Shown: positions 35,201-51,956 of the stretch, piece by piece | Layout of the letters: every line of letters starts with the position of its first letter | How positions within the stretch are numbered: position 1 is the first letter of the stretch | Origin: Bugula neritina | Lineage: Eukaryota; Animalia; Bryozoa | Direction of reading: 5' to 3' | DNA: 64,000 nucleotides | Assembly (NCBI GenBank): GCA_964035545.1 | Contig: OZ037769.1 | Coordinates: 1,736,001-1,800,000, forward strand | Program-made: the position numbers and the translations under genes | Notes under the pieces: generated by a model | What the model was told of the DNA's origin: nothing | Database searches by the model: none | The model's input: the letters and a program-made list of their open reading frames with translations, nothing else

Positions 35201-37962
35201 AAAAATCAAAAGTATTGTAATATCAGAACAACATTTTACTAAATTATTCATTTTAATAATATTTATGTTATGTAAATGTTATTTTGTTTTCAGGAAATTT
35301 TTCGGTGACTAAAATCGTATACATAGAGTATAGACCAATGACAATTTTTTCCCCAATTATGTAGTATTTAAATTGTAACTAATGACATGCATGATTTCTG
35401 AACAGTTTTTAGCAAAATAAAGTAATTAAACACGTTTTGGTTATTGTTTAGTATAGTATCAACTATATTAACAGCTTAAATCTCTTTCTAGGTGCTCTAT
35501 CATTTAATTTTACTACATCAACAACTACGGAGCCAACAACTACGGAGCCAACAACTACATTTCAGTCAGAATCTACAACACTTATGACCATGACACCCAC
35601 TGAAAGTGTACCTTTATCAACAGGAGAAATTACAATGACAGAAGAAACAGTTTCATTCACAACTACGATGGCCGATGATGCTACGGTCTCTCTCAACTCT
35701 CCCACTGAGGATACTACAGTGGGTACAATGGGTACGATGGAAACAGACGCATCCTCTACCAACGAAAATCTACCAACCACAGAAACTTTGACGCTATCTG
35801 ACACAACAGAAAAACCAACAAATGAAATGACAGCAAATTCATTTCAGTCAGAATCTACAACGCTTATGACCATGACACCAACTGAAAGTGTACCTTTATC
35901 AACAGGAGAAATTACAATGACAGAAGAAACAGTATCTTCCACAACTACGATGGCCGATGATGCTACAGTTTCTCTCAACTCCCTCACTGAGGATACTACA
36001 GTGGGTACAATGAGTACGATAGAGACAGACGCATCCTCTACCAACGAAAATCTACCAACCACAGAAACTTTGACGCTATCTGACACAACAGAAAAACCAA
36101 CAAATGAAATGACAACAAATTCATTTCAGTCAGAATCTACAACGCTTATGACCATGACACCAACTGAAAGTGTGCCTTTATCAACAGGAGAAATTACAAT
36201 GACAGAAGAAACAGTAACTTCCACAACTACGATGGCCGATGATGCTACAGTTTCTCTCAACTCCCTCACCGAGGATACTACAGTGGGTACAATGAGTACG
36301 ATGGAGACAGACGCATCCTCTACCAACGAAAATCTACCAACCACAGAAACTTTGACCCTATCTGACACAACAGAAGAACCAACAGAAACTACTGTACTAA
36401 CAACTACTGTATCACTTTCTACATCTACTGCCCCCACAACTCCAGCCGCAACTTCTACCATTACCACTGCATCTACTCAAAGGACATTGAGTAGCATACT
36501 CATGAGCACAGCAGCTAATCCTACAAAGTCATCAACTACAACGGTACTAGTTACTGAAACAACAACAGTATCCGACACTGAAACAACTACAACAGTACTC
36601 GACACTGAAACAACAACAGTATCCGACACTGAAACAACTACAACAGTATCCAAAATTGAAGCAACTACAACAGTACCCAGCACTGAAGCAACTACAACAG
36701 TGCCCAAAACTGAAACAACTACAACAGTTCCCAACACTGAAACAACTACAACGGTACCCAATACTGAAACAACTACAACAGTGCCCATCACTGAGGCAAC
36801 TAAAACAGTACCCCTCACTGAAACAACTACAACAGTGCCCGTCACTAAAACAACTACAACAGTACCCAGCACTGAAGCAACTACAACAGTACCCAACACA
36901 GAAACAACTACAACGGTACCCAATACTGAAACAACTACAACAGTGCCCCTCACTGAAACAACTACAACAGTGCCCGTCACTAAAACAACTACAACAGTAC
37001 CCAGCACTGAAGCAACTACAACAGTACCCAGCACTGAAGCAACTACAACAGTACCCGACACTGAAACAACTACAACAGTGCCCGTCACTAAAACAACTAC
37101 AACAGTACTCAACACTGAAACAACTACAACAGTGCCCGTCACTAAAACAACTACAACAGTACCCGACACTGAAACAACTACAACAACACCTAGCACTGAA
37201 ACAACTACAACAGTACCCAGCACTGAAGCAACTACAACAGTACCCAGCACTGAAGCAACTACAACAGTACCCGTCACTGAAGCAACTACAACAGTATCCA
37301 AAACTGAAACAACTACAACAGTATCCGATGCTGAAACAACTACAACAGTGCCCGTCACTAAAACAACTACAACAGTACCCATCACTGAAGCAACTACAAC
37401 AGTACCCAGCACTGAAACAACTACAACAGTACCCAGCACTGAAGCAACTACAACAGTACCCAGCACTGAAGCAACTACAACAGTACCCAGCACAGAAACA
37501 ACTACAACGGTACCCAATACTGAAACAACTACAACAGTGCCCCTCACTGAAACAACTACAACAGTGCCCGTCACTAAAACAACTACAACAGTACCCAGCA
37601 CTGAGGCAACTACAACAGTACCCAGCACTGAAGCAACTACAACGGTACCCAGAACTGAAGCAACTACAACAGTATCCGATGCTGAAACAACTACAGCTCC
37701 CACGACATCAGCTCCCACAAAAGCACCTGTTAAAACCACCCGTGTAACAGATTTACCAACACCTACTACTACTACTGTTTTCTCAAGATCTAGTGCAAAA
37801 CCAACGACCAAGCCAGAAATGTCAACACCCACTATAATTCCTGGCATATTGGATAAAATCACTGCATTGAAACTAGAAAATGGTGCCAGCCCCCAGTTAG
37901 CATGTTTGATGTTTACGTGGGTAGTTGTCGCCTCGTTGCACCTATTAGTTAGGTTGCTTTAA
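26212..37962 (+). CDS. Large secreted, probably GPI-anchored mucin-like protein with two homologous NHL/beta-propeller-like domains, ~15 exons, ~1670 aa
   Basis: Exons 26212-26279, 26402-26592, 27661-27846, 28050-28180, 28424-28580, 29340-29606, 30581-30793, 31330-31468, 32079(or 32088)-32314, 32420-32611, 33100-33239, 33478-33643, 33903-34160, 34608-34805, 35492-37962; open frame. Signal peptide MAAASLITLVVICMFVGLPSTVG; exons 2-7 are homologous to exons 9-14; Thr-rich stalk; hydrophobic C-terminus NGASPQLACLMFTWVVVASLHLLVRLL*. Micro-exons near 31.1 kb and 35.1-35.3 kb are possible. Confidence 0.85.
27289..27375. repeat. 12-bp repeat TGTAGGTTDTAG (~7 copies, 36-bp higher order)
   Basis: Direct reading in intron 2 of the mucin-like gene. 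Confidence 0.85.
29143..29352 (+). repeat. ~36-40-bp degenerate repeat of the exon-6 acceptor (x6)
   Basis: YGTATGTTTATGTTTCAG|GTGGAGTTATGA; only the last copy has CAG|G. Confidence 0.88.
31850..31897 (+). mobile_element. Terminal fragment of the same MULE/foldback family as 50452-51915
   Basis: ACCAATGGACCTTCGGACTAATGGGTCTTGGAATCTTGACTAATTTAC aligns to the right terminus ..CCTTCGGACTAATGGGCCTTCGGAATATTGACTAGTCACC. Confidence 0.7.
35559..36386 (+). repeat. 282-bp (94-aa) coding tandem repeat, x~3
   Basis: FQSESTTLMTMTPTESVPLSTGEIT.. recurs at 282-bp spacing. Confidence 0.95.
36553..37696 (+). repeat. 27-bp (9-aa, TTTVPxTE(T/A)) coding mucin repeat, ~42 copies
   Basis: Unit ACTACAACAGTACCCAGCACTGAAGCA and variants. 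Confidence 0.95.
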
Positions 37963-38724
37963 ATTAAATTAAACTAACAGTATAAATTAAAATAGTAAGG
38001 AATATAATTATAATAAATAACTGTTACAAATGAAATATTATGATGACAAATAAAGTATGACAATCAATAACAATATTTTAGTTCATACTGCAATGATCTT
38101 TTAAATTCAATTGTGATACTGTTTTAGGCATCATTATAGAAAATGAATAACTGCAAATTTTGTGCATAATATTTACTCTTGTATATTGACGTAGATTTTA
38201 AAACAACTGCTAATTCATGGTCAATAATTAACCCCAAACTTTGCCACTTGATTCAGTTATACATTTAATCGACTTTGCCTTTCATTTTATTAGGTTTAAA
38301 AATCTTAAGCTTTAAAATATGGAACTGTATTTCTAGGAAGGTATTAATTAGTCTGATGAGCTCTTGATTAGTATGTGGAGTAAGAGCAATTGCAGTCATA
38401 GTTTACATTTCCAAGTTAAATAAATACATTGAGTGATGGTAACAATGTGCAAGGTAACAACTAAAAAAGAGCATTGTTATAGCAATGCAACTAGAAAATA
38501 ATGCTCTTTTAGCTCAAGTATATTTAAAAGTTGAGAGCTTTCCAGGTGTGACAAGGTGTATAAAATTTGGAGAATCGGTGGTATAGTGTTTACAGATTTG
38601 GCATAGTGTGATGTAGGTGAAGGATTTTAGATCCTATCAGGGTTCTTGATCGGGTAAGGAAGAGCATGCAATAATAGTTGAATTTCCTTTTTCTTACTCC
38701 AAGATCAGGAACTAGCTCGCTCAG

Positions 38725-39260
38725 GTGTCAGAGTTTAAATACCTGGGCAACAATAACAAACTTAATGAGCTCAAGATCCGGACTTCCAACGCCTTTAATG
38801 CCTTTGGCCAACTTAAAGACAGGATATGGAAAAATGAAGATCTGACCATTGGAACAAAATTTGCTGTATGCAAAACCATCATTCTGTCCACCCCTCTCTA
38901 CGGAAGTGAAGCCTGGACTGTGTACAGAGCTGCTGCACACAAACTGAATGCATATAATATTATGATAAAAAAACTCTGACAGATTCGGAACATACTAATT
39001 GAATTAGTATGTTCCGAATTACGGTGGAATTACGTTTCAAATGCTGCAGTGCTGAAAAAACCAGTATGATAAGTATGTATGCAGAGGAATCTCAAATGGA
39101 CCCTATACCCCAAGCTCTGTGAAGGATCATGTGGGATTGTCATACCAAAGTTAAGATTTAAAGACACTGTTAACCAAAACCTCAAGGCCAACAAGATCTC
39201 AGTTGGCAGATGCACAGCAAGTAGAGAGACAGTTGGAGATCATTGATACACAGGAAACAG
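38725..39260 (+). mobile_element. 5'-truncated, decayed RTE-clade LINE (RT C-terminal region)
   Basis: EFKYLG..ELKIR...A..AFGQLKDRIWKN.DLTI.TK..V...IILST.LYGSEAWTVY, then a broken frame with PKLRFKDTV.QNLK and RDSWRSLI; typical RTE/BovB C-terminal motifs; stops and frameshifts. Confidence 0.85.
38983..39019. repeat. Perfect 37-bp palindrome (18-bp arms, 1-nt spacer)
   Basis: ATTCGGAACATACTAATT-G-AATTAGTATGTTCCGAAT. Confidence 0.95.
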
Positions 39261-40259
39261 TCACCGTCAAAGCTGACTGACAGCTAATCATTATCAATCC
39301 AACAGTCCTTAACTCACTTGAAAAAACTTCGGGACATCGTCAGTTTATGTTCTACTTATTTACACACTGACACTGACAGCGTAGTTAAAGGCTTTTTTAG
39401 GCACAGCTTGGGTTTATTTCCAAGTTGGCATAATACCAAAGTATAAGTATATTATAATAATGGAATAATATACACAATACTCAATATTTATAAATCTTCA
39501 CTTTAAAGTAAACCGAAACGCACTTGTATTATTATCATTATCATTATCATTATGATCATCAGTTTTATTCTTACTTTTTAGGTAAAATTGCACAAATGAA
39601 GAAGTGGGTAGGTAAAAATTAAAATGGCCAAAACCTTCCACGCATACGCACGTTTCTTCTGCCTCTGGTCAATTTAGATAAACATTATGGTGCATGTCTT
39701 TTATGACGTACCTGAATGATACGTGTAGTTTTAATTACTTGCATATGTACAATTACAGTAATAATATTTAAAAAAAAGTCGTTCGAACGTCTTTTCTAGT
39801 CCCGTGTTCAGAAGATAATTATGCGAATAGTTTGCAACATTTACAAATGGGGCGGAGCTATTTACAAATTTGCTTGAATAAGTAGAGTTCGTTGTTGATA
39901 ATTATAATATATAATTATTATTAATCGACTCGCTTTTTTTAGAACACGCCTCTTATTTTCTAGCGAATTATGGCGAGAGTTTCCTCACCTTAATTGTTGC
40001 CTTTAGAACAACCTGCATTTGCATACAAAGATACATGTGACTGGGCTTGTGAGCATAAGATTTTTATTTTTTTATTGTTAGAAATTTTACATGTATAATG
40101 TTTTTTTTTTGTAGAATTGATGGCAATTCTCATCTTGAAATTATTTGCTTTGAGAATTTTCATCTTTTTTTGTACTATTTATTTTCAATTTTATCACGTC
40201 ATGTAAAAGCGAAAAAAATCAAATTGAAATTCATTTATTCACTAGCCTAGGCGAGCAGT

Positions 40260-41290
40260 AGTGCTCCAACAACTTCTACTACTAGTACTAGTACTACTTG
40301 TAGTATACAGCTACTCGAACTGGGTACTTGTACTTGTAGTCGCTATCAGCATGTATATGGCTCTCACCGATCACGCATTACACTTATTCTTGATTTTTAT
40401 TTTATGATTTAGAATTAGTTTTACAGTTAAATTAATGGAGTATCACTATAATTACTACTTGAACTTATAGTTATAGACTATAGTTATAGTTAATAGTAAT
40501 AGTAATACTAATATTAATAGTAATATTTATAAGTAATCAGTAATTATAATTATTATTATAATTATATGAATATTATAATATTAATTCTCATCAAAAATAT
40601 GAGTATGACTGAAACTGGAAGTAAAGGCAACTTGTAATCTAATTTACTTTTTAGTTTTTAGAGTTGCACTTGTTTACTTATAGTTATTGAATTTGATATT
40701 CTGATGCTGTTATTTAATTTTAATTTTACTTTTAGTTTTACTCAAACTTTTAGTCAATGACTTAAATTCAACCATAACTAATAGTAATAGTAATACTATA
40801 AGTATAATGATAAGCATAATGTTTATACTTTATGTTACAAGTACAAATTTTAACAAATATATTAATTATTAGTAGACTCAGTGCAAGTGTCAGTATGATT
40901 AGGACAATCACAATGACAATCTAATGCATGATTATCAGTTGATGAGTAATTATTTTGATTATGAGTGATTAATAGTTATATTTTTAATATTTTGATCAAC
41001 TTAAACTGAGGTGTAGGTTAATAATCATAGTAATAGTGAGTAAGTCTGATGATTATTAGTAACTCACCTCGTATAACAATGATATTTGTTATCAATGACA
41101 CTATGACTATCAGTTTCACTGTCAGTAGCTTTATTATATTTATTCTAATTCAATTTCAATAATTTAAACTGTTAACCTTAAACTGTGTTACTGTGGCTAT
41201 TGTGATTATAACATGAGCAAAACAGACCCAGCTCAATCTGAAACTAGAACTAAAAGTTGCATACTCACAATGCCATAGCTAAAGTGTATT
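40260..41290. repeat. Cryptic, highly degenerate 6-bp-periodic tract upstream of DDX43
   Basis: For example ttatag ttatag actata gttata, agtaat agtaat actaat attaat, actatg actatc agtttc actgtc, gctcaa tctgaa actaga actaaa; boundaries approximate. Confidence 0.55.
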
Positions 41291-41828
41291 ACATCGCAAA
41301 TAAATTACTGATAAAAAAGTGTACAGTAAAAATTTTAAACAACCTTTAAAATATTTAATATCCCAATACAATACAATACATGTACATTAATTTGTTGGTG
41401 TGAGGAGAACAATCAAATTATCAGTTTTGATAAACAGATTTCGTTTATTTATATGCTCAAATAATTCAGGATGGGCAGTTTGTTAAAAAAAAATTAATAT
41501 GATGGCATAAAATTAAATAGTTGTCTATTTCTCAAAAACTGTCTTTAAAAACCCTGTAGCCATTTTGATGTAAAAAATTCAATATTTGTGCCTATAAATA
41601 TTAGAACCGTATGTGTATGTATGTACATGTATGTACATATAAATATTTTCTTAGTTTTACATTTCATCTTATAATTTTTGAATTGATATGTGGTAGATAT
41701 TGCTATTTTGTCAATAACTTCATTATTTTTCTACCGTGTATACGGCTGCTAATCAGATTCCTATTGAAAACGTCTGCTGTTTATAAGTTTGACTTGTTGC
41801 AGTGTTTTTATGCCCGTTCACAAAATAG

Positions 41829-47182
<5,354 letters not shown>

Positions 47183-50100
47183 CCATTTTGTAGCCTTGAC
47201 TTGTGATGGAATCTCATCTGTTTCTACGGTGCTGTTCCCCCCTCCCGCCATTCGCTCGCTCAGCATCGTTTATTAACTATTTCGTTTAGGCAATTCCTAG
47301 TTCTAGTCATTTTTGCATGGGCTGTTAGTTATTATACACAGACCAGCGATGTGAAATAATGTAAATATATTTTTGTTTTACTGAAACATTTCTCGGCTAA
47401 TTTGAATTCTCTCTGTTGTTTTACAGATGTAGTTCTGAGCTTCATCAATAATATATTGTTGTAAAACTTTGATTTATTGTTTGATGTATTTATATCATCC
47501 AGAGTATATGAAGCAGATCTTCCGCTTGATCTCTACGCTAAAAGTCAAACATGGTTGGTTATTTTTTGCTCTTGTCAAGAACAGATTTAGAAGCTCATAG
47601 CAGAAACTTGTAAAATCAAATTGATATGGAGATTGTGACTAGATGAGTTGATGTATAATAATAAAGCAATGACCAGTAAATGAAATGAAATGGTGCATTA
47701 GGAGTTGTCTATACTATGAGCAGCCAAAATTAATATTTAGGATAATAATTGTGCAATAGCTAATCAGTTCAATATATATTATAAATTTTACAAAGCTAAG
47801 GTGTTTATTCATTTTGCTTGCAAATATAAACTTCTAGTTGATAGTAACTAACAGCAAATATATCTGATTGGTAGCTTTATATTGTTAAGGCTTTAGTGGC
47901 CAATAGGAATGTTTTCACCGCTCTGATTGGTCAATCTGTGACACATTATTTTGGTGTTGGGCATAGCTGATACCCTGGACACATATCTCTAATGCATCAC
48001 ACTTTCCTCTACAGCAAAATTATGCTTGCCAAAAACAAAAAATACTAATTTCAAATTAATTGGAATTGATAAAAGTGGAATTGTGAGTATCAATAAGGGA
48101 AAACAATAACTCAATATCAAAACTGTGCTATGCATCTAGTTTGAAATTATTCTTGTAATTTGAAAATATATATGTAACTTGTTAAGGTAATACATCAAGG
48201 AAAAGTAAGGCTCGCTTTATCACCCAACATGCATGTATGCACAGCCAGCATAATATAATCGTACTATATATTGTTTAAATATATAACTATATTATGATTA
48301 TGTACTAGAACTATATTGTGATCTCAGTAATATAATAGTAATCATAGTATGTCACTGCAATCTTCTAGTAGGTATACATGCATGGTTGGCACACAATGCC
48401 TAATGAAGGTGGTAAAATGGGTCGTATAATTCCAATGCGATGACTACATCTCGTATGCATTCCATTTATTATAAGCAATTGCACTTAGTAGAATGTATTA
48501 TTACTATTGCCAATTGGATACTAGTAGCATAATTACACTTACTTACAGTTCATCATAGTGCCAACACTATTCAAAATCGCCCTGTACTTTACTCATCAAA
48601 CTCCTATAAGTTTAACCTGCACACTTCCACAAATAAATCTGGCCAAGAGTTTTAATCAGTAGCACAGCTTTGTAAACCAGACAAACAACAGCATATAGCT
48701 ACAGCTAGGCAAACCAGACCTCAAAGTTTCAAAGCAAAAAAGTTTTATGTTCATAACTAATGCACTAACTGCAGATTATTAGCTCTACACATCCCATAAT
48801 ATCATGATATGAGGCGATGAGCTTCTAAAACTCAAGACTAAATGATCTATTTTCAAAATTTACATTTAATTATATATTAGTTGATATATAAAAAATAATA
48901 TATTATATACTTTAATAATTCAGCCAATCAAATTCACAAATCTTTATTTGAGCAAATTAATAAGCAGTTTAACTTTTGATTTCTACTTTCAGAAATTGAG
49001 GACAATGTTGAGATGGGGGAGGGTGCAGTGAGACAGCTATTAGAAATTAGGTGCATATTGTATGTGAAAGGAGTTTTCTCCTCATTGAGGTGATAAATGG
49101 AGCTGTTGATGTAACATGAGTGACTGAAGTTTTGATGCCTTGGGTGTCTCTTTCTCGTTCTATATATAGTTTATAACCTATTTATAGCACGTAAAAACAA
49201 AATAGATATAAGCCCAGCTTAGACTGAGCCTTAACAACAACGCTTAGTCTATTGTATGACTTTAAAGCACAAACTTAGATAATTTCAAACATAAACAGAA
49301 GATTTTATAAGTTCTCTCACAAATTATAGAATTACTATAGAACACATTTTATGAATAGTTTAATTTAATATAATGATATCTATTATAATAAACAATGTTC
49401 CTATTATGTCTGTTAAACTGAGAAGATTTAATATCTCTGCATTAACAGCACCCATTTGTTCCAGATTCTTCTCCTATAGTAGTGTAAAGCTGAGAATTAA
49501 AGTTTATTATCTCTTATCATTGTATGTTATTATATTAGTATACACAATAATGTTATATTACCTCTATTATCATTGTATGTTACTATATTAATATACAATA
49601 ATGTCATATTATATATTAGTTTGCTATATAATTCATGTTATGGTATTATTAGATGGTATAATAGTGTATATTGCTACAATTATTAAGTAGCATTATACTA
49701 TTGAAAAATTTAGTTCAACTTTTTGAAACTATATTCCATTAAATACTATGTAAATGCATAAAATATATCTTATGGGCAGTATAACATTTAGCTAGAATGA
49801 TGTAAGTAAATAAAGTCATCATATTATTGGAAAAATATGATCCATTTTATGATAATTGTAAAAATAGGGTCAAGAACGTTGAAGTATCACGTGCATGTAG
49901 AATGTATATACATGTAGAATTATATTATATAATATACTACATAAAAATCATAGAGTATATAATATTGCAATATAGAAATATGTTTATACACAGAGTCTAA
50001 GAATATATGCTACTTATTACAGTGTACAAGTGATCTATAAAATAAAGGATATAAGTGTATATTTCATATAAAATCCATCTACAAAAAAGCCCCCCCCCTC

Positions 50101-50451
50101 CCCCAGTTATTATTTCTCTAACATCTATGTTTTTAATATTTCAAATCTTACAGTGTGACGGTGTAACTCTTCACCTAGCGTCCTACACATTTGCTATTGA
50201 GGGGTGGCCAGGTCCCACCCTTCCTTTCTGCCATAATTATATGTAGATCTCAAGCTAACAAGTTGAAATAAGGTGAGCCTATTACTCAGTCTGACCTGGC
50301 AGCAGATGCTCCCGTAATTCCATAAATTTGAAAAAGCGTCAGGAGGGGGCGGTAAATGGGGTACCCCAGCCTTATAGGAAAATAGATACTTTCATATGTC
50401 AACAGCTGTGATGATGGGAATAAAGTGATGAATTATATGGCTATGTTTGTA

Positions 50452-51915
50452 GGGGACGGAGCAGTATTCCGAAGGCCCATTAGTCCGAAGGTCCATTAGT
50501 CCGAAGGTCCATTAGTCCGAAAATTAGTAGACACATGATAGTAAAGAGCATCCTCACTGAGAATATCATTGATTTCACTCACAATCTAGTTTAAGTTTTT
50601 GCTCTGTTAATGCTGTATGTGGGTGGCATGCGTGTTGCCTACTTGTGATTGTTTAGCCTGAGATTACACTATGACCAGAAAACAGCTGCCTCAATTAGGG
50701 CTGCATCATCTATCAACATTCCATTATGGCTGCTTTATAAACAAAGTACACAGCAAGCCATTCACTAGCCTGTCAGCTAGCAAGCCTGTAATTAGTATGT
50801 ACACATCAGTATCTTCTCATCTCTAAGTGTTCACTGAAGCATGAAGTGCTGCGCAATAATGATAACTTATGAAAAAAAATTACAAGCATTACTTATTTTA
50901 CAGTTAGTGTAAAAATGACAGGGGACTGCAATTCTATTCTAGCTACAGTCAGTCAGCTTATATAGGCCCTTAATGTTGAAATCTCTTTAATTATCTGTAA
51001 GCTGCTAAGCTGCATTATTATACTAATTAAATTATGCATATATCTATTTCAATTAAAAATATCTCTTTGTAATTAAAAATATCTTTAATTAGGGATATCT
51101 GTAAAAATGCATTGAAGACTAAAAATTATAAACATCCTGGACACTACTCTAAAATCAAATAAACAAAGCTGCACACCATAATATACCAAACCAAACAAAT
51201 CCACAAGATATGTCGATAAGGGCAACCTTCTAGCTTTAACTCCCTGGCTGGGGCCACACTATTGGTATATAAGAATTCAGTCCAGCCAAATAAAACCTCA
51301 CCTAATTGTGCTATAGAATCGAAATTTAAAAACCATGTTGTAGATCTTTCTGTTCCTCAAAGCAACTTTTTTGAAATTTTCAATAGCTTTCATAGATTTT
51401 CTATAAAATATAAGTGATTTATACACTGCAAATATGATTTTTTTTCCTAAGTTATCATCACTGCGCAGCACTTCATGCTTCAGTGAACACTTAGAGATGA
51501 GAAGATACTGATGTGTACATACTAATTACAGGCTTGCTAGCTGACAGGCTAGTGAATGGCTTGCTGTGTACTTTGTTTATAAAGCAGCCATAATGGAATG
51601 TTGATAGATGATGCAGCCCTAATTGAGGCAGCTGTTTTCTGGTCATAGTGTAATCTCAGGCTAAACAATCGCAAGTAGGCAACACGCATGCCACCCACAT
51701 ACAGCATTAACAGAGCAAGAACTTAAACTAGATTGTGAGTGAATGATCAATGATATTCTCAGTGAGGATGCTCTTCACTATCATGTGTCTACTAATTTTC
51801 GGACTAATGGACCTTCGGACTAATGGACCTTCGGACCAATGGACCTTCGGACCAATGGACCTTCGGACTAATGGGCCTTCGGACTAATGGGCCTTCGGAA
51901 TATTGACTAGTCACC
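50452..51915. mobile_element. Non-autonomous Mutator/MULE-type foldback DNA transposon (1464 bp)
   Basis: 9-bp TSD ATGTTTGTA at 50443-50451 and 51916-51924; GG..CC termini; near-identical long TIRs (~50452-50880 and ~51437-51915) with subterminal 16-bp repeats CCGAAGGTCCATTAGT (3 left, 6 right); no transposase ORF inside. Confidence 0.92.
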
Positions 51916-51928
51916 ATGTTTGTAATTT

Positions 51929-51956
51929 GTTGCTATGACAACAGTAACTTGGCAAC
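51929..51956. promoter_or_regulatory. Pair of RFX X-box-like motifs
   Basis: GTTGCTATGACAAC (51929-51942) fits GTHNYYATRRNAAC exactly; GTAACTTGGCAAC (51944-51956) lies adjacent. Motif match only. Confidence 0.45.

Noticed and set aside
35098-35304. Candidate micro-exons 35098-35130 and 35294-35304
   Set aside because: The first gives a stop when joined to exon 14 in phase 1 and would need another unseen exon; left out pending RNA evidence.
36477-37862. 461-aa antisense ORF and 363-aa alternative-frame ORF
   Set aside because: Shadows of the 27-bp Thr-rich coding repeat.
38575-38650. Possible tRNA-like SINE head upstream of the RTE fragment
   Set aside because: Only an A-box-like stretch; no credible B-box or cloverleaf.
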